NCBI GenBank assembly: GCA_964428475.1
Contig: CAYRYO010000001.1
Span: forward strand, 16,702 to 80,701
From: an uncultured Tissierellaceae bacterium
Lineage (GTDB): Bacteria > Bacillota > Clostridia > Tissierellales > Tissierellaceae
Length of the DNA: 64,000 bases
Direction: 5' to 3'
This document shows, one piece after another, positions 1-10,894 of this stretch (its first letter is position 1; each line of letters starts with the position of its first letter). The notes under the pieces were generated by a model. It did not search any database. It was given only the letters and a program-made list of their open reading frames with translations, and was not told the DNA's origin. Position numbers and translations under genes: made by a program.

Positions 1-534
1 CAAATACCTGGAAATCACAATTTGGAAAATGCATTGGCATCTCTTTGTATATCATGGGTAATGAAACTCAGCAAAGAATCTATAGCATCTTCTTTAAAAG
101 CATTTAAAGGAGTTGAACATAGAATTGAATATGTCAAGATAAAAGATGAAATATCTTTTTATAATGACTCAAAGGGTACCAATCCTGATTCAACAATTAA
201 AGCAATAGAGGCAATAGATAGTCCAATTATTTTGATAGCAGGTGGATATGATAAGGGATCAGAATATGATAAGCTTATAGATTCATTTAATGGGAAGGTA
301 AAAGAATTGGTATTATTAGGAGAGACTAAAGGAATTATAAAACAAACTGCAATAGAAAATGGCTTTAATAGGATTCATCTAGTAAATAATATGAAGGAAG
401 CGGTTAAATTGTCTTATGAATTAAGTGAAAGAGGTGACAATGTATTATTATCACCAGCATGTGCATCATGGGGAATGTACAATAACTTTGAAGAAAGAGG
501 AATAGACTTCAAGAATATAGTGGAGAGTCTGTAG
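1..534 (+). CDS. murD: UDP-N-acetylmuramoylalanine--D-glutamate ligase MurD, C-terminal part (5' end upstream of window)
   Basis: Frame 1 is open from base 1 (QIPGNHNLENALA...). Mur-ligase HNxxN motif and C-terminal domain (FKGVEHRIEYV, SPACASWGMY). First gene of a dcw-type cluster. Confidence 0.85.
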   Translation, partial: QIPGNHNLENALASLCISWVMKLSKESIASSLKAFKGVEHRIEYVKIKDEISFYNDSKGTNPDSTIKAIEAIDSPIILIAGGYDKGSEYDKLIDSFNGKVKELVLLGETKGIIKQTAIENGFNRIHLVNNMKEAVKLSYELSERGDNVLLSPACASWGMYNNFEERGIDFKNIVESL

Positions 535-544
535 GAGGATTAAT

Positions 545-1672
545 ATGGATAAAAAAAAATCCTTAGGAAGAAAAAAAGAAGTTGACTTCACATTGCTTAT
601 GGCAACTATTATATTAGTTTTTATAGGAATAATAATGGTATTTAGTGCAAGTTGGCCTGAAGCAATGCAAAAATATAATGATGGGTATCGTTTTTTAAAA
701 AAGCAACTATTCTCTGCAGGTGTAGGCTTATTTGGACTTTTAATGTGTATGAATATAGACTACAGATTTTACAAGAAACATTCTCTTTTAATATTTGTAT
801 TTTCATTATTTTTGGGACTTATGGTGTTTTCGCCACTTGGCTATGAAGCTAAAGGCGCTAGAAGATGGATAGATTTAGGGTTTATATCTTTTATGCCTTC
901 GGACACTATCAAAATAGGATCTATTATATATTTATCAAACTTTCTATCAAATAAAAGGAAAGCAATATCAACGTTCAGACATGGAACTATACCAGTGTTT
1001 TTGATCATAGGGATAGCCTGTGGGGTAATATTTATACAAAATGACTTAAGCACAGCAGTGACTCTAGCTGCCACACTTATGATTATGTTTTTTGTAGGTG
1101 GAATGCATCTAATGAATATTCCTTTGATAATGGGTGCAGGAGCAGCATTATTATTTGTAGCAACTAGAGGGGAAAAAGGTGCTTTTAGACTAAAACGAAT
1201 AGCTGTATTTAGAAATCCATTTGAAGATAAATTGGGATTTGGTTGGCAAGCAGTCCAATCACTATATGCCTTAGGTTCAGGAGGATTATTCGGACTAGGA
1301 CTGGGAAAAAGCAGGCAAAAATTCTTTTATATACCAGAATCATACAATGATTTTATTTTATCTATTATAGGAGAAGAATTGGGTTTTTTAGGAACATTTT
1401 TAGTATCTTTTATATTTATAGTACTTATTTGGAGGGGTATTAGGATAGCCCTCAGCATAGAAGATAGCTTTGGGTCTTACCTAGCTACTGGGATTACATC
1501 TCTTATAGCTGTTCAAACACTTATTCACATAGCAGTAGTTACTTCTTCAATGCCTACTACAGGAATTACCTTGCCATTTGTATCATATGGAGGTACTTCG
1601 CTTATGATTTATATGTCTGCTGTAGGCATACTTTTAAATATTTCAAGATATGCAAAATTGGATAGGAGTTGA
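545..1672 (+). CDS. ftsW: SEDS-family peptidoglycan glycosyltransferase FtsW/SpoVE
   Basis: 375 aa polytopic membrane protein with SEDS signatures (GEELGFLG, LPFVSYGGTSL). GGAGG RBS upstream of the ATG. Sits between murD and murG. Confidence 0.9.
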   Translation: MDKKKSLGRKKEVDFTLLMATIILVFIGIIMVFSASWPEAMQKYNDGYRFLKKQLFSAGVGLFGLLMCMNIDYRFYKKHSLLIFVFSLFLGLMVFSPLGYEAKGARRWIDLGFISFMPSDTIKIGSIIYLSNFLSNKRKAISTFRHGTIPVFLIIGIACGVIFIQNDLSTAVTLAATLMIMFFVGGMHLMNIPLIMGAGAALLFVATRGEKGAFRLKRIAVFRNPFEDKLGFGWQAVQSLYALGSGGLFGLGLGKSRQKFFYIPESYNDFILSIIGEELGFLGTFLVSFIFIVLIWRGIRIALSIEDSFGSYLATGITSLIAVQTLIHIAVVTSSMPTTGITLPFVSYGGTSLMIYMSAVGILLNISRYAKLDRS

Positions 1673-1676
1673 TAGT

Positions 1677-2783
1677 GTGAAATATTTAATATCTGGTGGA
1701 GGCACAGGAGGACATATTTATCCAGCCTTAGCTATTGCAAGTCAGATAAAAATGAAAGATAAATCAGCGAACATACTCTATGTTGGAACCAAATATGGAC
1801 TTGAAAGTGAATTAGTGCCAAAGGCAGGAATTGAATTTAAAACAATAAGAGTAAAGGGTATGCCCAGAAAATTAAACAAAGAAATGATAATTTCTGTAAA
1901 GGAACTTTTACTTGGAATTAATGATGCTAAAAAAATATTGAATGAATTCAAGCCAGATGTAGTAATAGGTACTGGTGGGTATGTTTGTGGGCCAATTGTT
2001 TATATGGCAAAGAAGAAGAAAATTCCAGCTTTAATACATGAGCAAAATGCATTTCCTGGAATTACTAATAAAATACTTTCTAGATATGTGGATAAGGTTT
2101 TAGTCACATTTGAAGAGTCAAAGAAGTATTTTAAATATGAAGATAGAGTAATCTTAACAGGAAATCCTATAAGAAAAGAACTGCTAGAAATAGATAAAGA
2201 CTTAGCCTATAAAAACCTAAATATAGAAAAAAATATACATCTAGTACTTTCATTTGGTGGAAGTGGAGGTCAAAAAAGTTTAAATGATTCTATATATGAA
2301 GTTATAAAAAATAGAAATAAGAGTGATGACCTTCAAATAATTCATGTAACTGGGAAAAGACATTATGATACATTTATGAACAGATTGAAAAATGATAACA
2401 TAAACTTAAATAAAAATATAAGAATTCTTCCATATCTATATGATATGCCTGAGGCTATTAATATAGCATCACTTATAATAACTTCTGCTGGTGCTATAAC
2501 TCTTTCTGAAGTGGCAGCAGTTGGGGTACCTAGTATTTTGATACCTAAGTCTTATACGGCAGAAAATCATCAAGAATACAATGCAAAGGCGTTTAAAGAT
2601 AGTGGTGCATCTATTGTCATATTAGAAAGTGAACTAGACGGTAAAGTTCTAAACAAAAATATATCGGATATTATATCTGATAAAGCTAAAATGGAGTCAA
2701 TGTCAAACAATTGCAAAAAAATAAGTAAGGTTAAAGCTGGAGAAAAAATAGCAAGTATAGTTTTAAGTCTAGCAGAAAAGTAA
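1677..2783 (+). CDS. murG: UDP-N-acetylglucosamine--N-acetylmuramyl-(pentapeptide) pyrophosphoryl-undecaprenol GlcNAc transferase MurG
   Basis: N-terminal GGGTGGHIYPALA motif and GT28 architecture. GTG at 1677 follows a GGAG RBS just after the ftsW stop; the longest ORF starts at 1650. Confidence 0.9.
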   Translation: MKYLISGGGTGGHIYPALAIASQIKMKDKSANILYVGTKYGLESELVPKAGIEFKTIRVKGMPRKLNKEMIISVKELLLGINDAKKILNEFKPDVVIGTGGYVCGPIVYMAKKKKIPALIHEQNAFPGITNKILSRYVDKVLVTFEESKKYFKYEDRVILTGNPIRKELLEIDKDLAYKNLNIEKNIHLVLSFGGSGGQKSLNDSIYEVIKNRNKSDDLQIIHVTGKRHYDTFMNRLKNDNINLNKNIRILPYLYDMPEAINIASLIITSAGAITLSEVAAVGVPSILIPKSYTAENHQEYNAKAFKDSGASIVILESELDGKVLNKNISDIISDKAKMESMSNNCKKISKVKAGEKIASIVLSLAEK

Positions 2784-2858
2784 AATGTAACCACATCTCT
2801 ATATAGGCATAATATGGTTATATATCAATGTTTTATATAGATATATGGAGGTGGTTAT

Positions 2859-4112
2859 GTGGAAAAATATATTATCAATGGGGGAAAAAAGTTAACAGGA
2901 GAGGTTGAAGTTACAGGTGCTAAAAATGCAGTATTACCTATTTTAGCAGCTACTGTTATAGGGAAAAACAAAAGTACACTTTTAAATGTTCCTAACCTTA
3001 GAGATGTAAATATAATGGAAAATATACTAAAGGCTCTAGGGTGCAAAGTAATGAGAGATGGAAATAGTATGGAGATAGATTCAAGCACATTAGATAAGGT
3101 TTCTGTACCAGAAGATCTAGTAAGAGAAATGAGATCTTCAATTATTCTAATGGGGGCACTTCTTGCAAGAGATGGAGAACTTATAATTTCATATCCAGGA
3201 GGTTGTGAAATTGGTCCAAGACCAATAGACCTACATCTTAAAGCTCTTAGAAAGATGGGTGCTCAAATAGAAGAATCTCATGGATATTTACATTGCAAAA
3301 CTAGTGGATTAAAAGGCTGTGAAATACAACTTGATTATCCATCGGTTGGCGCAACAGAAAACATAATACTTGCAGCAGTAAGAGCAGAAGGAAGTACACT
3401 TATAAGAAATGCAGCTAGAGAACCTGAGATAATTGATTTACAGAATTACTTAAATAAGGCAGGTGCAAATGTATATGGTGCAGGTACTTCTATAGTAGGT
3501 ATTGAGGGTGTTAACAAACTTAAAGATGTAACTCACAGCATAGTTCCAGATAGAATAGTAGCAGGTACATTTTTAACTATTGGTGCTATTACACATGGAG
3601 ATTTAGTTATTAACAATATAGTGGTTGAGCATATTCAAAGTATAATTGCAAAATTAAAGGAATTAGGTGCATCAATATATACCAATTCAAATTCAATTAA
3701 GATATCTGGTCCTAAAAGAGCTAATTCTATAGAGATGATTCAGACATTGCCTTATCCAGGATTTCCAACTGATATGCAAGCACAGTTTATGGCATTACTT
3801 TCAGTGGCGAATGGAACTAGTATAATTAGTGAAACTGTATTTGAAAATAGATTCAAGCATGCAGAAGAATTAAGTAGAATGGGTGCCAATATCAAGACAT
3901 TTGGGAAGGTGGCTGTGATAAATGGTGTTAAAGAGCTTACCGGTGCTAAGACTACTGCCAAAGATTTAAGAGGTGGCGCAGCTCTTGTGATAGCTGGGTT
4001 AGCAGCTAAGGGAATTACAGAAGTTAATAATATTTATCATATTGAAAGAGGATATGAAGATTTTCATTTAACTTTAAAAGGTTTAGGAGCAGATATAATG
4101 AAGACTGAATAG
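2859..4112 (+). CDS. murA: UDP-N-acetylglucosamine 1-carboxyvinyltransferase MurA
   Basis: 417 aa. N-terminus INGGKKLTGEVEVTGAKNAVLPILAA and active-site region YPGGCEIGPRPIDLH are typical of MurA. GTG start after a GGAGGTGG RBS. Confidence 0.9.
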   Translation: MEKYIINGGKKLTGEVEVTGAKNAVLPILAATVIGKNKSTLLNVPNLRDVNIMENILKALGCKVMRDGNSMEIDSSTLDKVSVPEDLVREMRSSIILMGALLARDGELIISYPGGCEIGPRPIDLHLKALRKMGAQIEESHGYLHCKTSGLKGCEIQLDYPSVGATENIILAAVRAEGSTLIRNAAREPEIIDLQNYLNKAGANVYGAGTSIVGIEGVNKLKDVTHSIVPDRIVAGTFLTIGAITHGDLVINNIVVEHIQSIIAKLKELGASIYTNSNSIKISGPKRANSIEMIQTLPYPGFPTDMQAQFMALLSVANGTSIISETVFENRFKHAEELSRMGANIKTFGKVAVINGVKELTGAKTTAKDLRGGAALVIAGLAAKGITEVNNIYHIERGYEDFHLTLKGLGADIMKTE

Positions 4113-4160
4113 CAGCTTTTGCTGCTATCGGTGGAGAGGACAAGCCTAGGAGTGTATAGT

Positions 4161-4922
4161 ATGAAAAAATTATCTCGGGTACAAAAAAAGACAAAAAGAA
4201 AAAGGATGTTTTTATCTACAGTTTTCATATTGTTTATTGGATTTGCTATTTTCATATTAATGATAAATGCTGGTTTTTTTTCAATAGATAGTATTACTGT
4301 ATTAGGAAATGAAAAAGTATTAGAAAACAAAATAGTGCTATTATCATCAATACAAAAAGGTGAAAATATATTTAAAATTAGCATTAAAAATGCAGAAAAA
4401 AATATAACTACACTTCCATATATAAAAAATGTAAAAGTGAAGAGAAGATTTCCTAAGGAAGTAATAATAAACATAGAGGAAAGACAAGAAATCATACAAA
4501 TTCAAAATATATCGTCTTTTGCTATAATTGATAATGAAGGCTACATTTTAGATAACATAGATAAGAAAGATGAAAGTCTAACAGAAGTAGTAGGACTAAA
4601 TATTCAAAATAAAGTTATCGGTGAAGATGTTTTTGTAAACAATGAAGATGGGCTAAAGGTTGAATTTATAAGGAAGTCGGAAGAATTAAATATGCTTTCA
4701 AAGTTTAAATACATAAATATGGAAGATGATACAAATATTAATATATTAACTTTTGATGAGATAGAGGTTGTATTTGGTATTGTAAATAATGTAGAATATA
4801 AATTGAGATTACTTGTCCAAGTATTAAACAATATAGAAGAAGAAAAATTAAATGTCAAAACTATTTTAATGAACAAAGGAGAAAACCTCATAGTTGTATT
4901 AGAAGATAAGGAGGAGGGATAA
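4161..4922 (+). CDS. divIB: Cell division protein DivIB/FtsQ (POTRA domain)
   Basis: Basic N-terminus, one TM helix, then a POTRA-like segment (FSIDSITVLGNEKV...NIFKISIKNAEKNI..LPYIKNVKVKRRFP). dcw position. ATG at 4161 is preferred over the longer ORF start at 4119. Confidence 0.75.
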   Translation: MKKLSRVQKKTKRKRMFLSTVFILFIGFAIFILMINAGFFSIDSITVLGNEKVLENKIVLLSSIQKGENIFKISIKNAEKNITTLPYIKNVKVKRRFPKEVIINIEERQEIIQIQNISSFAIIDNEGYILDNIDKKDESLTEVVGLNIQNKVIGEDVFVNNEDGLKVEFIRKSEELNMLSKFKYINMEDDTNINILTFDEIEVVFGIVNNVEYKLRLLVQVLNNIEEEKLNVKTILMNKGENLIVVLEDKEEG

Positions 4923-4923
4923 A

Positions 4924-5649
4924 GTGAAAAACATAAAGAATTATATTGCCATACTACTTGTGTCATCTTTTTTAGGAGTAATTTTATCCATTCAACTAAA
5001 GACTGTAAATCAAACAATTGGAGAAGGTATACTTCCCATGCATAGAGCGCAAGAATTAGCTACAGAACTTAAAAAAGTTCAAAGTGAAAAAGAAGCTCAG
5101 CTAAATAGAATAGATGAATTAGAAGAAAAAATAAAACAATATGAGATGAATGAAGTAGATAAAAATGTATATGCAGAAAATCTATATAATGATACAATGA
5201 AATATAGAATGCTTGCAGGGTATTTAGATTTAGAAGGACCAGGTATAGTACTTGAGATAAACGACCCCCCAGTAGAGCTTCTATTTGGTGAAGGGTATAC
5301 CATAGTGGATGATTTGGAACTTGTTCTTATGGTAATATCTGTATTAAATGCAGCAGATTCTGAAGCTATATCGATTAATGATCAAAGGTACACTGCTTTT
5401 ACTGAAATTGAAAAAGCAGGAAATCATATAGAGATAAATGGAGTATCTAACAGCTCACCAATTATTATAAAGGCTATAGGAGATGCACAAAAGCTGGAAT
5501 CAGCTCTAAATCTCAAAGGCGGAATAGTTCAGTACTTAAGAGATTTGGACTATCTAGTGCAAGTAAGAAAAGAAATATCGATTAATATACCGAGATATAA
5601 GAAGATAAAAGAAATGATATATGCTAGTCCGACAGAAGAAGCAAATTAG
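4924..5649 (+). CDS. DUF881 family division/sporulation-associated membrane protein (YlxW/YlxX-like)
   Basis: N-terminal TM, coiled coil, then GPGIVLEINDP...AISINDQRY...G motifs typical of DUF881. Same dcw position as B. subtilis ylxW/ylxX. Confidence 0.75.
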   Translation: MKNIKNYIAILLVSSFLGVILSIQLKTVNQTIGEGILPMHRAQELATELKKVQSEKEAQLNRIDELEEKIKQYEMNEVDKNVYAENLYNDTMKYRMLAGYLDLEGPGIVLEINDPPVELLFGEGYTIVDDLELVLMVISVLNAADSEAISINDQRYTAFTEIEKAGNHIEINGVSNSSPIIIKAIGDAQKLESALNLKGGIVQYLRDLDYLVQVRKEISINIPRYKKIKEMIYASPTEEAN

Positions 5650-5659
5650 GGGTGACGAT

Positions 5660-6385
5660 ATGAAAAAAAACAACCCTAAAATAATTATAACCTTATTTAG
5701 CATTATATTAGGCATATTTATTATACTTCAAGTAAAAATGAAATTAGAAATTTATAAGCCTATTACCATAAATTCCTTGCAAATAGCAAAAATGGAAGTA
5801 GAAAGTATCAAAAAAGAGATAATAGAACTAGAAAAAGTAGAAAAACAAAAGCAAGAAGAATTAATCGTACTTGAAAACATATCAAAAGGCGACGATAATA
5901 TTATAGATATATTGAATCAAGATTTAGAAAAAAACAAAATTTATTCTGGTATATCTGAGTTAAAAGGGCCAGGAATAGTAATAAGCATGTATGACAATCA
6001 AGAAAAAAGAGATTGGTGGTTTGATATCAACAAAGATGTAATACATGATGTAGATATTTTAAATATATTAAATGATCTAAAAGTAGCAGGTGCTGAGGCG
6101 ATAAGTATAAATGATGAAAGAGTAATAGCTACATCTGAAATAAAATGTGGAGGGCCTATTATAAGAATCAATGGTAGAAGTTCAGGAATCCCATTTTTAA
6201 TTAAAGCTATCGGAGATACCAAGCTTTTAATGGCGTCTGTATCTGCACCTGGCACCAATGGAGATATACTTAAAAATGTTTATAATAAAGGCTTTGAAGT
6301 AGAAGTAAAGGATAAGATTATCATTCCATCTTATAAAGGAATGTTTGATTTTAAGTATGCCAAGCCACTAGGGGAGAGTGATTAA
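5660..6385 (+). CDS. DUF881 family protein, second paralog
   Basis: Same architecture as the preceding gene (TM, coiled coil, GPGIVISMYD, AISINDERV, IRINGRS). ATG at 5660 follows a GGGGTGA RBS. Confidence 0.75.
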   Translation: MKKNNPKIIITLFSIILGIFIILQVKMKLEIYKPITINSLQIAKMEVESIKKEIIELEKVEKQKQEELIVLENISKGDDNIIDILNQDLEKNKIYSGISELKGPGIVISMYDNQEKRDWWFDINKDVIHDVDILNILNDLKVAGAEAISINDERVIATSEIKCGGPIIRINGRSSGIPFLIKAIGDTKLLMASVSAPGTNGDILKNVYNKGFEVEVKDKIIIPSYKGMFDFKYAKPLGESD

Positions 6386-6728
6386 TTTGTTTTTTGCATT
6401 TATTGGAATATTGATTGGAGCAGTTATTGGATATTTACTACCCTTTACTTATAATGCATCTTATTCTCTATATGTATCAGTAGCAATACTGGCTTGTTTG
6501 GATTCTGTATTTGGTGGAATAAGGGCAAATTTGGAAAAGAAATTTGATACGAGAATATTTGTTTCGGGATTTTTTGGAAATGCCATTATAGCAGCATTTT
6601 TAGCATATTTAGGAGATAAATTAGGTGTTCCACTGTATTATGCAGCTATACTTGTATTTGGAGGAAGGCTGTTTGAAAATTTTGCAAAGATAAGAAGGAA
6701 TATATTATTTGAAAAAGATAAATCATAA
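6378..6728 (+). CDS. sbp: Small basic protein Sbp (DUF1290)
   Basis: About 115 aa, three or four TM helices, basic C-terminus. Position between the DUF881 genes and ftsZ as in Bacillus. The true start may be the TTG at 6387. Confidence 0.7.
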   Translation: MINLFFAFIGILIGAVIGYLLPFTYNASYSLYVSVAILACLDSVFGGIRANLEKKFDTRIFVSGFFGNAIIAAFLAYLGDKLGVPLYYAAILVFGGRLFENFAKIRRNILFEKDKS

Positions 6729-6777
6729 AACCTTTTTACTATAAATATGACAACTATAAAGATGAGGGGGAAAGCGA

Positions 6778-7872
6778 ATGTTTGATTTTGATATTGATGT
6801 TGATGAATTTGCTAGGATAAAAGTTATAGGAGTTGGTGGTGGAGGAAACAATGCGGTAAATAGAATGATTGATTCAGGTGTAAGGGGGATAGACTTTATA
6901 GCTATGAACACTGATAGACAAGCATTGTTTTCATCAAGGGCAGAAGTTAAATTACAATTAGGAGAAAAACTAACTAGAGGACTTGGAGCAGGTGCAAATC
7001 CAGACATTGGAGCAAAAGCAGCTGAAGAAAACAGAAATGAAATAATGGAAGCTCTTAAGGGAGCAGATATGATATTTATAACTGCAGGTATGGGAGGGGG
7101 AACTGGTACAGGAGCAGCTCCAGTGGTAGCAGAGATAGCAAGAGAATTGGGAGTACTTACTGTTGGAGTAGTTACAAAACCCTTTGCTTTTGAAGGACCA
7201 AAAAGGTTAAAGCAAGCCGAACAAGGAGTAAATGAGCTTAAGATGCATGTAGACACTTTAGTTACTATACCTAATGATAGATTACTTCAAATAGCGGATA
7301 AAAAGACAACTATAGTAGAAGCATTTGAGATGGCAGATGAAGTACTTAAACAAGGTATACAAGGTATATCTGATTTAATTGCTGTTCCAAATTTAATTAA
7401 TCTAGATTTTGCAGATGTAAAGACTATAATGAGCGATAAAGGTATAGCTCATATGGGTATTGGAATGTCTGCTGGAGACAATAGGGCTACAGAAGCAGCT
7501 AAACAGGCTGTAAGATCTCCACTCTTAGAAACCTCTATAGATGGAGCCCAATCAGTTCTGTTAAATATTACTGGCGGGGAAGATTTAGGTATATTTGAAG
7601 TAAATGAAGCGGCAGATCTTATAAGGGCATCAGTAGATAAAGATGCAAATATTATATTTGGTGCAGGTATAGATGAAAGTCTAAAAGATGAAATAAAAAT
7701 AACTGTAATTGCTACTGGTTTCGACATTAAAAACATATCAGTAGATAAAGAAGAGGGTAGGGATGAGGATATAAATGATGGAGAAAAGTTAAGAGATGAG
7801 GCAACATCTACATTTGAGGAAGATGAATTGGATATTCCTATATTTCTTAGAAAAAGAGACAAACGCAAATAA
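6778..7872 (+). CDS. ftsZ: Cell division GTPase FtsZ
   Basis: Tubulin signature [24 protein letters not shown], and the conserved C-terminal peptide DIPIFLRK. Confidence 0.97.
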   Translation: MFDFDIDVDEFARIKVIGVGGGGNNAVNRMIDSGVRGIDFIAMNTDRQALFSSRAEVKLQLGEKLTRGLGAGANPDIGAKAAEENRNEIMEALKGADMIFITAGMGGGTGTGAAPVVAEIARELGVLTVGVVTKPFAFEGPKRLKQAEQGVNELKMHVDTLVTIPNDRLLQIADKKTTIVEAFEMADEVLKQGIQGISDLIAVPNLINLDFADVKTIMSDKGIAHMGIGMSAGDNRATEAAKQAVRSPLLETSIDGAQSVLLNITGGEDLGIFEVNEAADLIRASVDKDANIIFGAGIDESLKDEIKITVIATGFDIKNISVDKEEGRDEDINDGEKLRDEATSTFEEDELDIPIFLRKRDKRK

Positions 7873-7902
7873 AAAATTATTATAATTATATATTGAAAAA
7901 AA

Positions 7903-7934
7903 ACGTATCTTTTGACGAGATACGTTTTTTTTTA
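7903..7934 (+). terminator. Rho-independent terminator after ftsZ
   Basis: ACGTATCT / AGATACGT stem (7903-7910 / 7918-7925) flanked by an A-run and a T-run of 8 or more. Confidence 0.75.
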
Positions 7935-8013
7935 CATTCAGAATATGACAAAAAAATCATCATTTTTGTTTTATAATCTAGAGTATAAGAGTTATAGCTT
8001 GGAGGAGGTATTG

Positions 8014-8919
8014 TTGTATATAGTTGCAGAATACTTATTTTTAGAAAATCTAATAATTAATTATATAATATTGCAAGGAACAAAAGATATTACCCGGACA
8101 AAGGTTTCAAATAAAAAAATAATATTAGTTTCAATTACTCTAGCACTATATCCATTTGCAATGTTTTTTCCATCATTAAATTTTCTTTTAAAAACACATA
8201 TAAAAATAATAGTTTCTTTTTTAGCCGTAAAATGTGCATTTAATTCAAAATCAAATGCGATTTATATCAAGCAAGTTTCAGCATTCTATGTATTGTCTTT
8301 TATATTTGCAGGTGCAAGTATAGGTTTTTATTACTTTGACAATAGTTTTTCAAATAGTTTTAATTTTTTCAACAATGGTTTTTCAATAAAATACTTGGTA
8401 TTAGGCGTAGCGTTTGGAGCAGTAGTGATAAAAAATTTATTGAATTACTATTATGAAAAAACAGAAATAGATAAAAATATACTTAATATATCAGTGATTC
8501 TAAAAGGCAGAGAAGCTAGGATTTACACTTTACTGGATACGGGGAATAGTTTAGTAGAGCCAATGACCAAGTGTCCTGTATTTGTAGTGGAATATAGATT
8601 TATAAAGGAATTAATTCCAGATTTATTTAAAAACATTTATGAAACTAATAGAGACAATGATTTTATTGAAATAGAAAAGATGATGGAAAACTTAAAAGAA
8701 GATATAAGTATTAGATTGATACCATTTAAATCAATAAGTTCAAGCTCAAATATATTAATTGGATTTAAGCCTAATTATATAATTGTTCATGGACAAGAAG
8801 ATATATTCTATGAGGATTTAATTATAGGAATATACAATGGAGAATTGACTACTGATAATCAATATAATGGGCTACTAAATCAGGAAATAATCAATAGGGG
8901 GAGTGTAAATGTTTATTAA
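8014..8919 (+). CDS. spoIIGA: Sigma-E processing aspartic peptidase SpoIIGA
   Basis: Five N-terminal TM helices and an LLDTGN aspartic protease motif. Lies immediately upstream of and overlapping sigE. TTG at 8011/8014 follows a GGAGGAGG RBS; the longer ORF from 7912 would cross the ftsZ terminator. Confidence 0.85.
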   Translation: MYIVAEYLFLENLIINYIILQGTKDITRTKVSNKKIILVSITLALYPFAMFFPSLNFLLKTHIKIIVSFLAVKCAFNSKSNAIYIKQVSAFYVLSFIFAGASIGFYYFDNSFSNSFNFFNNGFSIKYLVLGVAFGAVVIKNLLNYYYEKTEIDKNILNISVILKGREARIYTLLDTGNSLVEPMTKCPVFVVEYRFIKELIPDLFKNIYETNRDNDFIEIEKMMENLKEDISIRLIPFKSISSSSNILIGFKPNYIIVHGQEDIFYEDLIIGIYNGELTTDNQYNGLLNQEIINRGSVNVY

Positions 8920-9625
8920 GTTAAAAGTCAGGTTTCATTTAACTATATTTAAAGTTTTAAGAAAGTTAAAATTGGTAAAGGGAATACATTATATTGGAAG
9001 TGGAGAAGTACTTCCACCACCACTAAAACCTGATGAAGAAAAGTATTATTTGTCTTTACTTAAAAAAGATGAAAGCGTGAAGAGTATATTGATAGAGCGA
9101 AATTTAAGACTTGTAGTATATATAGCTAGAAAGTTTGATAATACAAAAATAGCAATAGAAGATCTTATATCAATAGGAACCATTGGACTTATAAAGGCTG
9201 TGAATACATTTGATCCAGATAAAAAAATAAAGCTTGCTACATATGCTTCAAAATGTATTGAAAATGAAATACTTATGTATCTTAGAAAGACAAGTAAATT
9301 AAAATCCGAGATATCTCTGGATGAACCTTTAAATGTGGATTGGGATGGAAATGAATTGCTTTTATCAGATATACTTGGTACGGAGTCAGATATTGTATTT
9401 AAAGATATAGAGACAAAAGTAGATAGAGAATTACTATCACAAGTAGTGAAAAAACTTTCAGGTAGAGAAAGGACCATAGTTGAACTTAGATTTGGACTAG
9501 GTAAGGGCGAAGAAAAAACCCAAAAAGAAGTAGCAGACCTTCTTGGGATATCGCAATCATATATATCTAGGCTTGAAAAAAGAATAATTAAAAGACTTCA
9601 GCAAGAAATGGTAAAGTTAATTTAA
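8909..9625 (+). CDS. sigE: Sporulation sigma factor SigE (pro-sigma-E)
   Basis: Pro-sequence followed by [17 protein letters not shown], region 2 ([27 protein letters not shown]) and region 4 HTH. Follows spoIIGA. Confidence 0.93.
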   Translation: MFIKLKVRFHLTIFKVLRKLKLVKGIHYIGSGEVLPPPLKPDEEKYYLSLLKKDESVKSILIERNLRLVVYIARKFDNTKIAIEDLISIGTIGLIKAVNTFDPDKKIKLATYASKCIENEILMYLRKTSKLKSEISLDEPLNVDWDGNELLLSDILGTESDIVFKDIETKVDRELLSQVVKKLSGRERTIVELRFGLGKGEEKTQKEVADLLGISQSYISRLEKRIIKRLQQEMVKLI

Positions 9626-9629
9626 AAGG

Positions 9630-9677
9630 TTGCCTCTAGTATATTGAATAAAAAATATAATAGAGGCAATAATTTTA
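9630..9677 (+). terminator. Hairpin between sigE and sigG (possible partial terminator)
   Basis: TTGCCTCTA (9630-9638) pairs with TAGAGGCAA (9661-9669), followed by T-rich sequence. The loop is long (22 nt). Confidence 0.45.
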
Positions 9678-9716
9678 TATGAAAGGGGCAATTTACCACG
9701 AAAGGATGAAGAATAC

Positions 9717-10490
9717 ATGCATAGATCTAAAGTAGAGATATGCGGTGTGAACACTGCAAAACTTCCAGTTTTAAAAAAGGAAAAAATGAAAGAATTATTA
9801 ATAAAAATAAAAGATGGTGATTTGGAATCAAGGGAAGAATTTATACAGGGAAACCTTAGACTGGTACTCAGCATAATACAAAGGTTTAATAGAAGAGGAG
9901 AACCAGTAGATGACCTTTTTCAAGTAGGATGTATAGGGCTTATAAAGGCTATAGATAATTTTGATTTAAGTCAAAATGTTAGGTTCTCAACATATGCGGT
10001 GCCCATGATAATAGGTGAAATAAGGAGACATTTAAGAGACAATAATCCAATAAGAGTGTCTAGATCTCTAAGAGATATTGCATATAAAGCTCTTCATGCA
10101 AGAGAAGAATTGATTTTTAGAAATTCAAAAGAGCCTACTATATATGAGATAGCAGCTGAACTGAAACTGCCTAAAGAAGAAGTAGTATTTGCACTAGAGG
10201 CAATTCAGGATCCTATATCACTTTTTGAACCAATATTTTATGATAGTGGAGACTCAGTATTTGTAATGGATCAGATAAAAGATGAAAAAGCAGAAGATGA
10301 AACATGGCTTAGAGATATAGCTTTAAAGCAAGCCATTGAAAAATTAAATACTAGAGAAAAACAAATACTCAATTTACGGTTTTTTAAAGGGAAGACACAA
10401 ATGGAGGTGGCTGATGAGATAGGAATTTCACAAGCACAAGTTTCCAGGCTTGAAAAAAATGCATTAAAACAAATGCGCAAGCATGTTTAA
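9717..10490 (+). CDS. sigG: Sporulation sigma factor SigG
   Basis: N-terminus KVEICGVNTAKLPVLKKEKMKEL is characteristic of SigG/SigF-type factors. Regions 2-4 are present. Position after sigE. Confidence 0.92.
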   Translation: MHRSKVEICGVNTAKLPVLKKEKMKELLIKIKDGDLESREEFIQGNLRLVLSIIQRFNRRGEPVDDLFQVGCIGLIKAIDNFDLSQNVRFSTYAVPMIIGEIRRHLRDNNPIRVSRSLRDIAYKALHAREELIFRNSKEPTIYEIAAELKLPKEEVVFALEAIQDPISLFEPIFYDSGDSVFVMDQIKDEKAEDETWLRDIALKQAIEKLNTREKQILNLRFFKGKTQMEVADEIGISQAQVSRLEKNALKQMRKHV

Positions 10491-10586
10491 AATCTAAATA
10501 AATTTAACATGTCTCATCTATTTTAGTCATATATATAATTTTATATTATATATATAATATAAAGAGATATAGAAAGAGGTGGGGCT

Positions 10587-10835
10587 ATGTTAAATTTAGC
10601 AGATTTAAGAGAAAAAGAGATAATCAATATACACAGTGGAGAGAGAATGGGTTATATATATGACTTTGAATTAGATTTAGATTTAGGTACTATAACCGGA
10701 ATAGTTATATCTGGTGGAAGTAAAATGTTAAGTTTATTTGGAAAAACTTCAGATATAATAATACCTTGGAACAATATATCTAAGGTGGGTACAGATATTA
10801 TCTTAGTAGATTACTATGATGAAATATCTAATTAG
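10587..10835 (+). CDS. ylmC: YlmC/YmxH family sporulation protein (PRC-barrel)
   Basis: 82 aa. LREKEIINIHSGERMGYIYDFELDLDLGTITGIV... matches the YlmC/YmxH pattern. Confidence 0.75.
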   Translation: MLNLADLREKEIINIHSGERMGYIYDFELDLDLGTITGIVISGGSKMLSLFGKTSDIIIPWNNISKVGTDIILVDYYDEISN

Positions 10836-10894
10836 ACTTTTCCTATACAATGTAATATAATTGAGGTGAAAAACAAAACGAAGAAGGTGAAACC

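Noticed and set aside
6723-7256. 177-aa ORF antisense to ftsZ
   Set aside because: It lies fully inside the unambiguous ftsZ coding region. Its Pro/Ala/Ser-rich low-complexity translation mirrors the Gly-rich tubulin motifs, and it has no RBS.
7912-8013. N-terminal extension of the spoIIGA ORF (track start 7912)
   Set aside because: The extension would begin inside the ftsZ terminator hairpin and T-run. A strong GGAGGAGG RBS precedes the TTG at 8011/8014, and the protein from there aligns with the usual SpoIIGA N-terminus.
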